A DNA stretch of 64,000 bases from Candidatus Latescibacterota bacterium (GCA_965198115.1 OZ240241.1:4384001-4448000); one strand, 5' to 3'; counted from the stretch's first letter, positions 40,310-51,817 are shown. The notes: generated by a model not told the origin, from the sequence alone. Translations and numbers: made by a program.

Positions 40310-42193
40310 TCAGGGCAGGGTCACCGCGTAGATCGTGGCGATCGTGCCGAACAGCATCCAGAGGGCATACGTGGGCGTGCGTCCCGTCTGGAATCTGCCC
40401 GACACCCAGCTGATACCTTTCACGGTATATCCCAACCCATTCGCGACCCCGTCCACGACGATCGTATCGAAGATCGTCCACAACCCCATCGAAAACCGGT
40501 GGATGGGCTGCACAATCGACGCGTGATAGGCTTCGTCCACATACCACTTGTTCCACAGGATCTGGTGCATCGGCTGATCGGACGCGCCACCCAGCTTTCC
40601 GGATCGATGCATCACCAACGCGATCACGAATCCGGCTACGCCCGCCACGATCGAGATCCCGATCAGCACGGACTCGGGCAGGCCGTGCCCCGTTCCGTGT
40701 TCGGGCGCGCCCAGCACGGGTTGCAGGAAATGGTTGATCCATCCGTGCTCGAGTGGATAGCCGGTGATGAAGCCCGCCACCAGGGCACCCGCGGCCAGAA
40801 CGACCAACGGAACCGTCATACTCGATGGCGACTCGTGAGCGTGATCGTGAAGATGCTCGTCGCGTGGCTGTCCGAAGAACGTCATCAGAATCAGTCGGAA
40901 CATGTAGAAGGACGTCATCACCGCTCCGATGACCCCGAGTGCCCACAGCGCCGTATGACCGGGCACTTGTGAATGGTAGGCTCCTGCAAGAATCTGATCC
41001 TTGCTCCAGAAGCCGCTCAGCGGCGGGATCCCGGCGATCGCAACCGTCCCGATGATGAACGTGATGCCCGTAATCTTCATCTTCGAAAGCAACCCGCCGT
41101 ACTTCCGCATATCCAGCTCGTTCGACATGGCGTGCATCACGCTTCCCGCGGCCAGGAACATCAACCCCTTGAAGAATGCGTGCGTGAAGAGATGGAAAAT
41201 TCCCGCCGTATAAGCGCCAACACCCGCACCGATGAACATGTAGCCTAACTGGGAAACCGTCGAATAGGCCAGCACTCGCTTGATGTCGGTGTTCACGAGC
41301 GCGATCGAAGCCGCAAGCAGAGCCGTGAAGACACCGACCCACGCGACGACGGCACCGGCCGTGGGCGACAGCGTGTAAAGAACATTCGAGCGGGCGACGA
41401 CATACACGCCGGCCGTCACCATCGTGGCCGCGTGAATCAGGGCGGAAACCGGTGTGGGCCCTTCCATCGCATCGGGTAGCCACACATAGAGCGGAAACTG
41501 GGCAGATTTCCCACACGCCCCCAGAAAGAGCAGCAGCGCGATCGTCGTGGCCGCCCCGGGGAAGGCCGAGGGGTTGAGGGCTGTTGGCGCTTCGGCGAAG
41601 ACCTCCGTGAACTGGACGGTTCCGACATAGCCGAACAGCATGAAGATCCCGATCAGAAAACCGAAATCCCCGATCCGGTTGACGATAAAGGCCTTCTTGC
41701 CCGCATCCGAAGCAGATCGTCGCTCGAACCAGAACCCGATCAGCAAATAGGAACAGACACCCACACCCTCCCAGCCCACGAACATCAACAGATAGTTGTT
41801 CGCCAGGATCAGAACGAGCATCGAAAACACAAACAGGTTCAGATACGCAAAGAACCTGGCGAATCCCGCGTCGTGGTGCATGTAGCCAAACGAGTAGACG
41901 TGAACGAAAAAGGAAACGGTCGTCACCGTCACCAGCATGATCGCCGACAGCGGATCGACGAGGAACCCCACGGAGGCACTGAACGATCCGGCAGCCACCC
42001 ACGTGTAAACGTTCTCATCGATCCCCGCTCCACTCCTCACATCCATCAGCGTCTTCAACCCGAGCAGCCACGACCCCCCCACGCACCCCGTCGCGATGTA
42101 GCCCGCCGTCTTCTTCAACCAATGGCCGAAGACACCGCAAACGATCGCCCCCAACAGCGGCAGTAGAATAATGATTTCAACAGTCGTGGTCAT
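40310..42193 (-). CDS. nuoL: NADH-quinone oxidoreductase subunit L
   Basis: GWEGVGVCSY, NRIGDFG, KSAQFPLYVWLPDAMEGPTPVSALIHAATMVTAG, HAFFK. Confidence 0.95.
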   Translation of the reverse strand: MTTTVEIIILLPLLGAIVCGVFGHWLKKTAGYIATGCVGGSWLLGLKTLMDVRSGAGIDENVYTWVAAGSFSASVGFLVDPLSAIMLVTVTTVSFFVHVYSFGYMHHDAGFARFFAYLNLFVFSMLVLILANNYLLMFVGWEGVGVCSYLLIGFWFERRSASDAGKKAFIVNRIGDFGFLIGIFMLFGYVGTVQFTEVFAEAPTALNPSAFPGAATTIALLLFLGACGKSAQFPLYVWLPDAMEGPTPVSALIHAATMVTAGVYVVARSNVLYTLSPTAGAVVAWVGVFTALLAASIALVNTDIKRVLAYSTVSQLGYMFIGAGVGAYTAGIFHLFTHAFFKGLMFLAAGSVMHAMSNELDMRKYGGLLSKMKITGITFIIGTVAIAGIPPLSGFWSKDQILAGAYHSQVPGHTALWALGVIGAVMTSFYMFRLILMTFFGQPRDEHLHDHAHESPSSMTVPLVVLAAGALVAGFITGYPLEHGWINHFLQPVLGAPEHGTGHGLPESVLIGISIVAGVAGFVIALVMHRSGKLGGASDQPMHQILWNKWYVDEAYHASIVQPIHRFSMGLWTIFDTIVVDGVANGLGYTVKGISWVSGRFQTGRTPTYALWMLFGTIATIYAVTLP

Positions 42194-42293
42194 AGATCAA
42201 CCAAATGCTATTCACCGGTCTTCCACCAGAGTTCCGATCCACACCCCATCTTCTCCCGAGTCGGGCATCCTACGCCCAGATCCACCTCTAATT

Positions 42294-42367
42294 CTCCGTG
42301 TCCTCAGCCTGCCCTGAGTAGCCTGCGAAGCAGGCGTATCGAAGGGTGTCCTCAGTGGTTCGTCTTG
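42294..42367. repeat. Composite repeat: REP-like hairpin flanked by a 10-bp direct repeat GTGTCCTCAG
   Basis: GTGTCCTCAG at 42298-42307 and 42346-42355 brackets CCTGCCCTGAGTAGCCTGCGAAGCAGGCGTATCGAAGG. Confidence 0.7.
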
Positions 42368-42369
42368 CT

Positions 42370-42675
42370 TTACCATTTCAACAAATTGACCTCCGCCACA
42401 TCCACCGTCTCGCTGTTGCGGAAGAGCGCAATAATGATGGCCAGACCGACAGCCACCTCAGCCGCGGCGACGGCCATTACGAAGAACACGAACACCTGAC
42501 CATCTGCCTGACCCAAGTGCCTCGCGAACGCCACGAAAGCCAGGTTGACGGCGTTCAACATCAGCTCGATGCACATGAAAATGACGATCGCATTCCGACG
42601 CGTCAGAACCCCTGCGACGCCGATCGAAAACAGGATCGCGCTCAGTATCAGGTAGTTGGAAGTCGCGACTCCCAT
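42370..42675 (-). CDS. nuoK: NADH-quinone oxidoreductase subunit K
   Basis: [27 protein letters not shown]. Confidence 0.95.
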   Translation of the reverse strand: MGVATSNYLILSAILFSIGVAGVLTRRNAIVIFMCIELMLNAVNLAFVAFARHLGQADGQVFVFFVMAVAAAEVAVGLAIIIALFRNSETVDVAEVNLLKW

Positions 42676-42678
42676 CGG

Positions 42679-43188
42679 TCAGGACACCTGTGTGGCTTCG
42701 CGTTTGACCAGCACAACGACGCCGATCAGCGCGACGAGCAGGATGAGCGAAGCGACCTCGAACGGGAACAGGAAATCCGTGTAGAGCAGTTTACCGATAG
42801 TCGGGACGTTCTCTGTCAACAGAGCTTCATTCTCGGCCGGGGGTCCGAGTTGTCGTGCGCCCATCGCGCCGAGATGGGCGACAAGGAGCGCACACAGAAA
42901 GAGGATGGCCGTTCCACGATATCGACTCGTCATAGGCTCGAGTGTTTCAGGGTGACCCAGGTTCAGGAGCATGATGACGAACAGGAAGAGCACCATCACG
43001 GCGCCCGCGTAGACGATGATCTGCACGGCCGCGAGAAAATAGGCGTTCAGCAACACAAAAAGCCCTGCCACCGCGAAGAGCGTCGCGACAAGAGACAGGG
43101 CGCTGTAGACCGGATTTCGGAATAGGACGAGGAGCACGGCGGACGCAACCGCAACGGTTGCGAGCACGTAAAAGGCCGCAGTCTCCAT
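42679..43188 (-). CDS. nuoJ: NADH-quinone oxidoreductase subunit J
   Basis: NPVYSALSL, QIIVYAGAVMVLFLFVIMLL, PFEVASLILL. Confidence 0.94.
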   Translation of the reverse strand: METAAFYVLATVAVASAVLLVLFRNPVYSALSLVATLFAVAGLFVLLNAYFLAAVQIIVYAGAVMVLFLFVIMLLNLGHPETLEPMTSRYRGTAILFLCALLVAHLGAMGARQLGPPAENEALLTENVPTIGKLLYTDFLFPFEVASLILLVALIGVVVLVKREATQVS

Positions 43189-43224
43189 CTCCCCCCCTTA
43201 GGAATCGACGGCGTCGTCGAAAAG

Positions 43225-44262
43225 CTACCGGTTCAGCGTCAGATAAAGACCGGTCAGGAACACGTTCAACAAGGCAAGCGGCAGCAGATACTTCCACCCC
43301 AGACGCATGACTTGATCATACCGGAAGCGTGGTACCGTCCACCTTACCCAAATGAACAGGAACAGGAAGAAAGCTGTCTTCGCCGCGAAAACCAGCACCT
43401 TCAAAAGGCTCAGGGCGAAGGAAGCGTCCTTCGGGTCGACACCCGGCAAATGCCACCCGCCGAAGAACAACGTTGCGATCAAGGCCGATGCCGTAATCAT
43501 GTGGGCGTATTCGGCCATGAAGAACATCGCGAATTTCATGCTGCTGTATTCGGCGTGATAGCCGGCGACGAGCTCTTGCTCGGCCTCGGGCAGGTCGAAC
43601 GGAAGCCGGTTCGTCTCGGCAAACACAGAAACCATGAACACCAGACAGGCAATCGGTTGCGTAAACACGAACCAGGCGGGCAGAACACCCAGAATCGTTC
43701 CGTTCGCCTGCAGGTTCACCACGTCCGAAAGCTTAAGCGATCCTGCGACCATCAGAACGCCGATCAGGGAGAGACCGAGCGAAAGTTCGTAGCTGATCAT
43801 CTGCGCCGACGCCCGAACGGCGCCCATCAGGGCGTACTTGTTGTTCGAGGCCCAGCCACCCAGCACCACACCGTAGACACCGAGTGAACTCACGGCTAGG
43901 ACGTAGAGAATTCCGATATCCGCGTCCGAAATGATCAGTTGGACTTCGTGCCCGAGCACCATCAGCGTGTCGCCGAACGGCACTACGGCGAACCCCATCA
44001 ACGCCGGAACCAGAATCACCGCCGGCGCGATCAGGTAGATCGCCTTGTTCACGTGGTTGGGGATGACGTCTTCTTTGAGGATGAACTTGAGGCCGTCGGC
44101 CAGCGGTTGTAGGAGACCCCACGGTCCGACGCGATTCGGACCCAAACGATTCTGGATGTAGGCGCTTACCTTGCGTTCGGCCAGAACCACATACGCGACC
44201 GTCGTAATGATGACACCCAGGACGATCGCGATCTTGATCAGACTCTCGAGCGCGTAATCCAT
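43225..44262 (-). CDS. nuoH: NADH-quinone oxidoreductase subunit H
   Basis: [52 protein letters not shown]. Confidence 0.96.
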   Translation of the reverse strand: MDYALESLIKIAIVLGVIITTVAYVVLAERKVSAYIQNRLGPNRVGPWGLLQPLADGLKFILKEDVIPNHVNKAIYLIAPAVILVPALMGFAVVPFGDTLMVLGHEVQLIISDADIGILYVLAVSSLGVYGVVLGGWASNNKYALMGAVRASAQMISYELSLGLSLIGVLMVAGSLKLSDVVNLQANGTILGVLPAWFVFTQPIACLVFMVSVFAETNRLPFDLPEAEQELVAGYHAEYSSMKFAMFFMAEYAHMITASALIATLFFGGWHLPGVDPKDASFALSLLKVLVFAAKTAFFLFLFIWVRWTVPRFRYDQVMRLGWKYLLPLALLNVFLTGLYLTLNR

Positions 44263-44264
44263 CT

Positions 44265-45869
44265 TCAGTCTGCCGCCTCGATCTGGAGTCCTTCCGAGCC
44301 GATCGTTTCGCGGCTGACCTCGCTGTAGGACTCCACCGAACGGGCGACCTCGGCCACGACGCCGTCTACATCCTCCATCGTGAACTCACACCCCATCGCA
44401 TTGCTCAAATCTCGAAGGATCTCCCAATCGCCTCGCGCATCTCCGGGCGGTTCCAGCCCCGAGTTCAATCCCTGAACCCGTCCAGCATAATTTGTGAACG
44501 TGCCCGACTTTTCGATGAATGCGGCCCCGGGCAACACGACGTGCGCGGCTCGGCTGACGTCGGATTCGAGGATGTCCTGAACGACGAGTAGATCGAGACC
44601 CGCCAAGGCGTCGAGCTCGGCATCACCGTACGTGGCGATCGGATTCCCCCCGAGCAAAATCAGCGCCTTAATGCTTCCGTCTCGAATTCCCTGCCAAATG
44701 TCATCGGTCGGCGCCAGCGACAGACCCACCGCAGCCAGGATTTCCTTCGCGCCCCGAGCATTCGGAGCCTTGTCCGCGTGAATTGTGAACCCGCTCTTGA
44801 AAACCACGTCCCCTTCCGAGGCCGTCGCGTCCTGAAGGGCGACCGTTCCGCCACCGATTCCGTCCGTGAACAGTTTACCGAACAGGAACTGCTCCTCGTT
44901 CGTAAGGTGTGGCGACGCCAGACCGGCGATTGCTTCGACTCCGTGCTCCGATTTGATGGACTCGAGCTTCTCGCGTATGTGCTCGATCGCCACGTTCCAT
45001 AGAACGAGATTCTGGTCGTCATCTTTCCCGATCGTCGGGAACAAGAGTCGTTCGTCCGCGTGGACGTATCCCCAACCGTGACGGCCGTCGTCGCACATCC
45101 AGTAGTCATTCACACCCGAGTTCTCGCGAGGAACGAGCCGGTAAATGCGCTCCTTGTTCACATCCGCCCTGATGTTGCAACCCGTGCTGCAGCCGGGGCA
45201 GATCGTATCCGCACTCTGCAAGAGCCACACACGCTGCTTGAACAGAAACTCCTTGTCGAGCAACGCGCCCACGGGACAGATATCGACCGTATTGCCCGAC
45301 AGACGGTTGTCCATCGGCGCGCCCGGAAAAATGTCGATCTCGTTGTGGACACCACGGTTGAAATAGCCCAGTTCGCTCGTGCCCGAGATTTCGTCGCAGA
45401 AGCGCACGCACCTCGTACAACGAATACATCGATCGGAGTAAAGGAGAACGTGCTCGCCGATGTCCTTCTTCGGCTGAATGTGTTTATGCTCGTGATACCG
45501 GCTATGGTCGGCGCCGTATGTGTAGCTGTAGTCCTGAAGCTCACACTCCCCTGCCTGGTCACACACCGGACAATCGAGCGGATGATTGATGAGAAGGAAT
45601 TCCATCGTGGCGTTCTGGTTTTCCTTCACCGCATCCGACTGCGTGTCGACCACCATGCCCTCTGCGGGCATGGCCGTGCAAGACGGCAGCATGCCGCGGC
45701 GTCCACCCACCTCGATTTCGACCAGGCACATGCGGCAATTCGCCGGCGCGCTCAGCCCGGGGTGATAGCAATAGTGTGGTATCGTCACGCCGTAATCGGC
45801 GGCGATCTGGAGAACGTTTTTGCCCTGCTCGATCTCGATTTCTTGTCCGTCTATCGTGAACGTCGGCAT
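44265..45869 (-). CDS. nuoG: NADH-quinone oxidoreductase subunit G (short form)
   Basis: PHYCYH, CRMCLVE, NHPLDCPVCDQAGECELQ, RCIRCTRCVRFC, CPGCSTGC. Confidence 0.92.
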   Translation of the reverse strand: MPTFTIDGQEIEIEQGKNVLQIAADYGVTIPHYCYHPGLSAPANCRMCLVEIEVGGRRGMLPSCTAMPAEGMVVDTQSDAVKENQNATMEFLLINHPLDCPVCDQAGECELQDYSYTYGADHSRYHEHKHIQPKKDIGEHVLLYSDRCIRCTRCVRFCDEISGTSELGYFNRGVHNEIDIFPGAPMDNRLSGNTVDICPVGALLDKEFLFKQRVWLLQSADTICPGCSTGCNIRADVNKERIYRLVPRENSGVNDYWMCDDGRHGWGYVHADERLLFPTIGKDDDQNLVLWNVAIEHIREKLESIKSEHGVEAIAGLASPHLTNEEQFLFGKLFTDGIGGGTVALQDATASEGDVVFKSGFTIHADKAPNARGAKEILAAVGLSLAPTDDIWQGIRDGSIKALILLGGNPIATYGDAELDALAGLDLLVVQDILESDVSRAAHVVLPGAAFIEKSGTFTNYAGRVQGLNSGLEPPGDARGDWEILRDLSNAMGCEFTMEDVDGVVAEVARSVESYSEVSRETIGSEGLQIEAAD

Positions 45870-45875
45870 CGGAGG

Positions 45876-47189
45876 TCAGGCGGCGGTAACGGCCGCTCCC
45901 TTCTGAATGTGCGTCTCGAACTCGTTCCGGAAGGCCTTTATGAACCCGAGCATCGGCCAGGACCAGGACGGGCCGAACAGACAGATCGTAGACATGGCAG
46001 GCGTGAGCAGGGGCGACACGTTGTTGCAAATACTCTCGAGCGTGTCCAGGTCGTCGGGACGGCCCTGGCCGTGTGCAATCCGCCACACGATGTCACGGAC
46101 CCACGGGATACCCTCGCGACAGGGTGTGCACTGCCCGCAGGATTCGTGGGCGTAGAAATTCATCAAGTTGAGACACGCATCGACCATATCGGTCGTATCA
46201 TCCATCACAATGATCCCGCCCGTCCCGAACATACCCTGGAATTCTCCCCGGCCCGGAATCGCCCACAGCTCGGGGTTCATCTCTATGTCCAGCTCATCCG
46301 GTGTCAAAACGGGCGTAGACGATCCTCCGGGAATCACTGCCTTGATCTCGTTGTCATCCCGAATACCACCCGCACATTCGTAGATAATCTCCCTCAGCGT
46401 ACACCCGCCGATCTCCAACTCGAACATCCCGGGATTCTTGACGTGTCCACTCACGCAGTAGATGAAACTGCCCGGGTAGCGTTCACTGCCTATTTCCTTG
46501 AACCACGCAGCCCCGTTCTGGATGATGTGAGGAACGTAGCAGATCGTCTGAACGTTGTTGATCGTCGTCGGACGATCGAAGATGCCCTTCTGAGCGGGGA
46601 ACGGAGGCTTTACGCGAGGCTCGGCACGCTTGCCCTCGAGCGATTGCATCAGCCCCGTCTCCTCACCACAGATATAGGCGCCGGCGCCCGGATGCGTGTA
46701 GACCTCGATGTCGGAACCCGACCCAAGGACGTTCTCGCCAAGATAACCTGCGTCTCGTGCCTGTTGAATGACCTGGTCCATCTGCTCGAGTTCCTCCCAC
46801 ATCTCGCCGCGAATGTAGATGTAGGCGGCCCGGGCACGAATGGCATAGCACGTGATGATCACACCTTCGAGCAACTGATGGGGGTTTCTGTTCACCAGTT
46901 GGCGGTCCTTGAACGTCCCCGGTTCGCTCTCGTCGCAGTTCACGCAGAGATAGGACGGGCCATCCGGCTCCTTGGGCATAAAACTCCACTTCATACCCGT
47001 ACTGAACCAAGCACCGCCACGCCCTGCAAGAGCCGACTCCTGGATTTCAGTGATCACCTCGTCAGGCGTCATCGACTTGAAGGCTTTCTCGAGCGCCTCG
47101 TAGCCACCGTGCCGCTTGTAGACGTTTATGTCACCCAAACCGTCGACTTCTTGTAACTTGGTCAGGATCTTGCACTCTTTAATGGGCAT
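45876..47189 (-). CDS. nuoF: NADH-quinone oxidoreductase subunit F
   Basis: GRGGAWF, DESEPGTFKDR, GAGAYICGEET, ESCGQCTPCREG. Confidence 0.93.
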   Translation of the reverse strand: MPIKECKILTKLQEVDGLGDINVYKRHGGYEALEKAFKSMTPDEVITEIQESALAGRGGAWFSTGMKWSFMPKEPDGPSYLCVNCDESEPGTFKDRQLVNRNPHQLLEGVIITCYAIRARAAYIYIRGEMWEELEQMDQVIQQARDAGYLGENVLGSGSDIEVYTHPGAGAYICGEETGLMQSLEGKRAEPRVKPPFPAQKGIFDRPTTINNVQTICYVPHIIQNGAAWFKEIGSERYPGSFIYCVSGHVKNPGMFELEIGGCTLREIIYECAGGIRDDNEIKAVIPGGSSTPVLTPDELDIEMNPELWAIPGRGEFQGMFGTGGIIVMDDTTDMVDACLNLMNFYAHESCGQCTPCREGIPWVRDIVWRIAHGQGRPDDLDTLESICNNVSPLLTPAMSTICLFGPSWSWPMLGFIKAFRNEFETHIQKGAAVTAA

Positions 47190-47192
47190 TGG

Positions 47193-47672
47193 TCAGTCCA
47201 GCTCCGCCATCAGTTCGTCCAATCGATCGGGCGAAAGGTTTCGATACAGCTTGTCATCGACTCGAATCGCCGGAGCACCTTCGCACGCGGCGATGCACTC
47301 AGCCTTGGCCAGCGTCCATTTTCCATCCGCCGACGTGCCTTCGACATCGACCTGAAGCTTCTCCTTGAGATGCTCGACCAGGCTCTTCGCTCCACAGAGC
47401 GCACACGAAAGCGTGCTGCACACCTGAATGACGTGCTGCCCGACGGGGGCCTTGAAAAACATCGGATAAAAACTCATCACGCCTGCTGCACGCGCGGGAG
47501 GCATATCCAGCATCTCGGCAACGATCTTGAGCCCGTCCATCGGGACATAGCCCCACTCCCTCTGGACGGCGTGCAACACCGGAAGGATCGCAGCCTCCTT
47601 CCAATCGTCCGGATACCGGCCGATGATTTCTTCGCACTTCGCACGCGTCTCGTCTGTCAACTCAATCGCCAT
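47193..47672 (-). CDS. nuoE: NADH-quinone oxidoreductase subunit E
   Basis: VCSTLSCALCG, ECIAACEGAP 2Fe-2S ligands. Confidence 0.93.
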   Translation of the reverse strand: MAIELTDETRAKCEEIIGRYPDDWKEAAILPVLHAVQREWGYVPMDGLKIVAEMLDMPPARAAGVMSFYPMFFKAPVGQHVIQVCSTLSCALCGAKSLVEHLKEKLQVDVEGTSADGKWTLAKAECIAACEGAPAIRVDDKLYRNLSPDRLDELMAELD

Positions 47673-47721
47673 ACATTCTCATCTCGTCTCATCTGCGCGA
47701 CAAACATCGCGCGAGGACCGA

Positions 47722-47741
47722 CACTTCGACTCCGCTCAGTG
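47722..47741 (-). repeat. REP-like element (CACTGAGCGGAGTCGAAGTG)
   Basis: Shares the 16-nt core CTGAGCGGAGTCGAAG with 58201-58216. Confidence 0.7.
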
Positions 47742-47860
47742 CGATGGTACGTTGCTGGCTATCAAGAGCGGAGCCATGCAAGCGCCTATGCGTCCCGGGT
47801 GTACCGCCGGGCCCGTTCCTTGAATAGGCCACCTGGGCTCCGGCTCCCCAGTGGCTGCTT

Positions 47861-49647
47861 TTATCTGTCGAGCTCACCCGCGATTACATTGATGCTCCCG
47901 AGGACGGCGATCGCGTCTGAAATCATGTGGCCGTCTATCATCTCCGGATAGGCCTGGTAGTTCATAAAGGAAGGCGCCCGGACGCGCATCCGATAGGCAT
48001 AGCCCGTGCCATCGCTCACCACGTAGAACCCGAGTTCCCCGTTCGGAGCTTCGGTCGGGACATACGCTTCACCCGGTTCGGGCGTCAGTCCGTGCCCGTC
48101 CATCAGAACCTTGAAGTGGTGAATCAGTGACTCCATGCCGAAATCGACCTGGCCTTTTTCCGGCAGAATGACTTTGGCGTCTTCGACCTTGACGGGTCCC
48201 TTGGGCATTTTATCGAGCGCTTGCTCGATGATGCTCTGAGACTGCCTCAGCTCTTCCATTCGGACCAGGTAGCGGTCGTACGTATCCCCGTTTTCCCCGA
48301 TGGGAATGTCGAAGTCGAGATCGGGAAACACCAGAAAAGGCTCCTGCTTCCGAATATCGTAGTCCACACCCGAACCGCGCAACATCGGCCCGGTCATATT
48401 CCAGTTGATCGCATCCTCGCCGGAGATGACACCGATGTCCTTCGTTCGGTCGATCCAAATGCGGTTCCGCGTCAACAGACGCTCCACTTCTTCCATCGCG
48501 GCGGGAAACTGCGCGACGAAATCGAGTACGACTTCGCGGAAGTTGTCCGGCACATCCCATCCCAAACCACCAATACGGGTGTAACTCGTCGTCAGTCGAG
48601 CACCCGTCACCAGTTCGAAGATGTTGTAACAGCGCTCACGTTGCTCGAATGTATAGAGGAACACCGTAAAAGCACCGATGTCGAGCGCGTGTGTACCCAG
48701 CCAGACCATGTGGTCGGCGATGCGCGACAGCTCCCAAAGAATCGTCCGGATGTACAGGGCCCGCTCAGGAACGTCGAGCTCCATCAGCCGCTCGACGGCA
48801 GCGGAGTACGCGATGTTGTTGCACAGGGGCGAGAGATAATTCATCCGGTCGGTGACCGTCACGTACTGATTGTATGTATGATGCTCGCCCAGCTTCTCGA
48901 AACCCGTATGGAGGTAGCCGATGTCGGGTATGCACCGGACGATTCGCTCGCCGTCCAACTCCAGCGTCAGCCTCAGTGTCCCGTGCGTCGCCGGATGCTG
49001 CGGGCCCAGGTTGAGAACCATACGCTCCGACAAGAGCGCGTCGTCGACCTCTTCTTCTTCCTCTCCAGCGTAGGGATTGCCGAGAAAGCCGGGATCCTCG
49101 GGCGCTATGACGTCTCGCTCCCCAACCCCTTGGACAGGATAGTCCTTCCGCAGGGGAAAGTGCTCGAAGTTGACGGGCATCAGAATCCGACGAAGGTCAG
49201 GGTGTCCCTCGAATCGAATCCCGAACATATCGAAGACTTCGCGCTCGGGCCACTCAGCCCCTCTGTGGATGGAAGCGACCGAGGGGATGGTGCAGCCATC
49301 CTCCGAAACCTGAGCGCGTAACCGGAGACGTCGATTGTGTGGATGGGAATAAAGGTGGTAAACGACATTGAAGCGTGGACCATCGGGCGGGTGCCCGGGG
49401 TAGGTGCTATAGTCCACCGCGCTCACGTCGCTGAGCCGATCGAATGACAGCTCGGGATCGTCCTTTAGGAAGGACAGAATGTCTCGAATTCGAGATTTGG
49501 TGCAGACGACCGTCGTTTCGCCGTAGGATTCGGAGACTTCGATGATCTCATCGCTGAAGCGATCCTGAAGCGCCCGAGCCGCGGGATCATCGACCTCCGG
49601 CACGACCGCTTCTGTTTCGACCGTCTCCGTCGCGTTTTCCTCGGCCA

Positions 49648-49648
<1 letters not shown>
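47861..49648 (-). CDS. nuoCD: Fused NADH-quinone oxidoreductase subunit C/D
   Basis: NuoC motifs EREVFDMFGI.FEGHPDLRRIL and PLRKDYP; NuoD motifs NLGPQHPATHG, GYLHTGFEK and terminal GELDR. Confidence 0.95.
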
Positions 49649-50132
<484 letters not shown>

Positions 50133-50142
<10 letters not shown>

Positions 50143-50498
50143 TCGAGCCCTCCCTTTCGCCACACATAGGCAAATCCCAGAATCAGGACCCCTAGGAAAA
50201 CCACCATCTCCGTAAAAACGAAAGACCCCTGAGCCAGCAGATCCTTGAAGACGACGGCCCAGGGGTAGAGAAATACCACTTCGATGTCGAAGATGATAAA
50301 AAGCATCGCAACGAGGTAGAACTTGACGCTGAATCGCAAACGGGCGTCGCCGATGTTGGGAACGCCCGACTCGTAGGGAGAGAGCTTGACGGGATTGGGC
50401 TTGCGAGGACCGACCAGGTGGGTGATACCGAGGTTGACGGCGGCGAACCCTGCCGCGACGAACAGCAGCAGAACAATCGGGAGGTAATCGCTCAGCAT
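50133..50498 (-). CDS. nuoA: NADH-quinone oxidoreductase subunit A
   Basis: [39 protein letters not shown]. Confidence 0.95.
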
Positions 50499-50613
50499 AA
50501 CTCTCGTGGTTGACCCCAGGGGCAAAGCAGAGAGGCGAGCACCTAACTTATTGAACAGCATAAGGATACAAGCAGCGAGGTCGCTCACGGTAGTGCCGCC
50601 AAAAACCGCGATA

Positions 50614-50642
50614 ATTATATCACGCAGCCTACTTGATGTCAA
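50614..50642 (-). promoter_or_regulatory. Consensus sigma70 promoter of the nuo operon
   Basis: Perfect TTGACA-N17-TATAAT on the minus strand. Confidence 0.85.
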
Positions 50643-50794
50643 GCCAAATTGAAACGAACATTTAACTCTGACGAGCGCCAAAAAGACGCACGATTCGTGC
50701 CTCTCAGCATCGAAATCGGAGCGCATCCAACCTTTACGGTCAGGGCCAGCAGCCCTATTCTCTACAGGATGAACGAACCTCTGGAAGCACCATC

Positions 50795-51817
50795 GTGAGC
50801 GCGCCGACGGTATCGGTGCTCCTGCCGGTCTACAACGGAGAGCCAACGCTCCCGGAAGCCCTCGAGACTCTCCATTCCCAATCATTCGAGCCTTTCGAAG
50901 TGATTGCTGTCGACGATGGATCGACCGATGGAACAGCGCGGATCCTTCAGACGGCAGCTCGGAGAGACGCGCGAATTCGGGTCGTCACACGCCCTCACGC
51001 TGGTCTGATCGACACGCTGAACGCCGGAATCGCCGAATGCAGGGCGCCGTTGATCGCCCGTTTTGACGCCGACGACCGGGCCCTACCCCATCGACTCGAG
51101 CGACAGGTCGCTTTCCTTAGCGACCATCCAGAAATCGCCGCGGTGGGATCTCAGGTGCGGTGCTTTTCAGAAAGCGGGGTGGCGGAAGGATTCAGGGTCT
51201 ACGAGAGATGGATCAACACCCTCATCACGCACGAGGACATCGCGCGTGAAATCTACATCGAGAGCCCACTCGTTCATCCATCCGTCACTCTGAGACGTGC
51301 GGTCCTGGATGAAGTTGAAGGGTACCAAGAACGCGGCTGGGCCGAGGACTACGATCTCTGGCTGCGAATCCACTCAGCGGGTTATGCTATGGGCAAGATC
51401 CCAGAAGTTCTGCACGAGTGGCGCGAGGGCGAGACTCGCCTCACGAGAACCGACGCGCGATACTCGGTCGAAAACTTCCTCAGAGCAAAGGCTCACTATC
51501 TTGGACTCGGCCCCCTCTCCAACCACAAAGCCTGCATCGTGTGGGGCGCCGGCCAAATGGGAAGACGGCTTTCCAAACATCTGCAGAGAGAGAACATACG
51601 GATCCACGCTTTCGTCGACATCGACCCCAAGAAGATCGGCAACACGCGCAGAGGGGCACCGATCATCGCACCTGGTGACCTGAACACGGCTCGTCGAGAG
51701 GCCGGCAACCCGATGGTTCTCGCTGCTGTACCTTCACGAGGCGCCCGCGACCTCATTCGCGGAAACCTGAACGATCTGGGTTTGGTCGAAACCGTAGACT
51801 ACGTTTGCGTCGCCTAA
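50795..51817 (+). CDS. Glycosyltransferase family 2 with C-terminal Rossmann-like domain
   Basis: VSVLLPVYN, VDDGSTD, ARFDADD, EDYDLWLR; C-terminal VWGAGQMG. Confidence 0.9.
   Translation: MSAPTVSVLLPVYNGEPTLPEALETLHSQSFEPFEVIAVDDGSTDGTARILQTAARRDARIRVVTRPHAGLIDTLNAGIAECRAPLIARFDADDRALPHRLERQVAFLSDHPEIAAVGSQVRCFSESGVAEGFRVYERWINTLITHEDIAREIYIESPLVHPSVTLRRAVLDEVEGYQERGWAEDYDLWLRIHSAGYAMGKIPEVLHEWREGETRLTRTDARYSVENFLRAKAHYLGLGPLSNHKACIVWGAGQMGRRLSKHLQRENIRIHAFVDIDPKKIGNTRRGAPIIAPGDLNTARREAGNPMVLAAVPSRGARDLIRGNLNDLGLVETVDYVCVA

Noticed and set aside
38678-42193. 2M-type complex I with an extra NuoM
   Set aside because: There is only one nuoM and the NuoL lateral helix looks of ordinary length. 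The extra subunits are Mrp-type and come with mrpB/C/E/F/G.
45060-47156. 698-aa plus-strand ORF and similar long antisense ORFs (for example 23069-24037, 39179-40168, 48221-49321, 62273-63313)
   Set aside because: These are shadow frames of well-supported minus-strand genes in GC-rich DNA and show no recognisable motifs.
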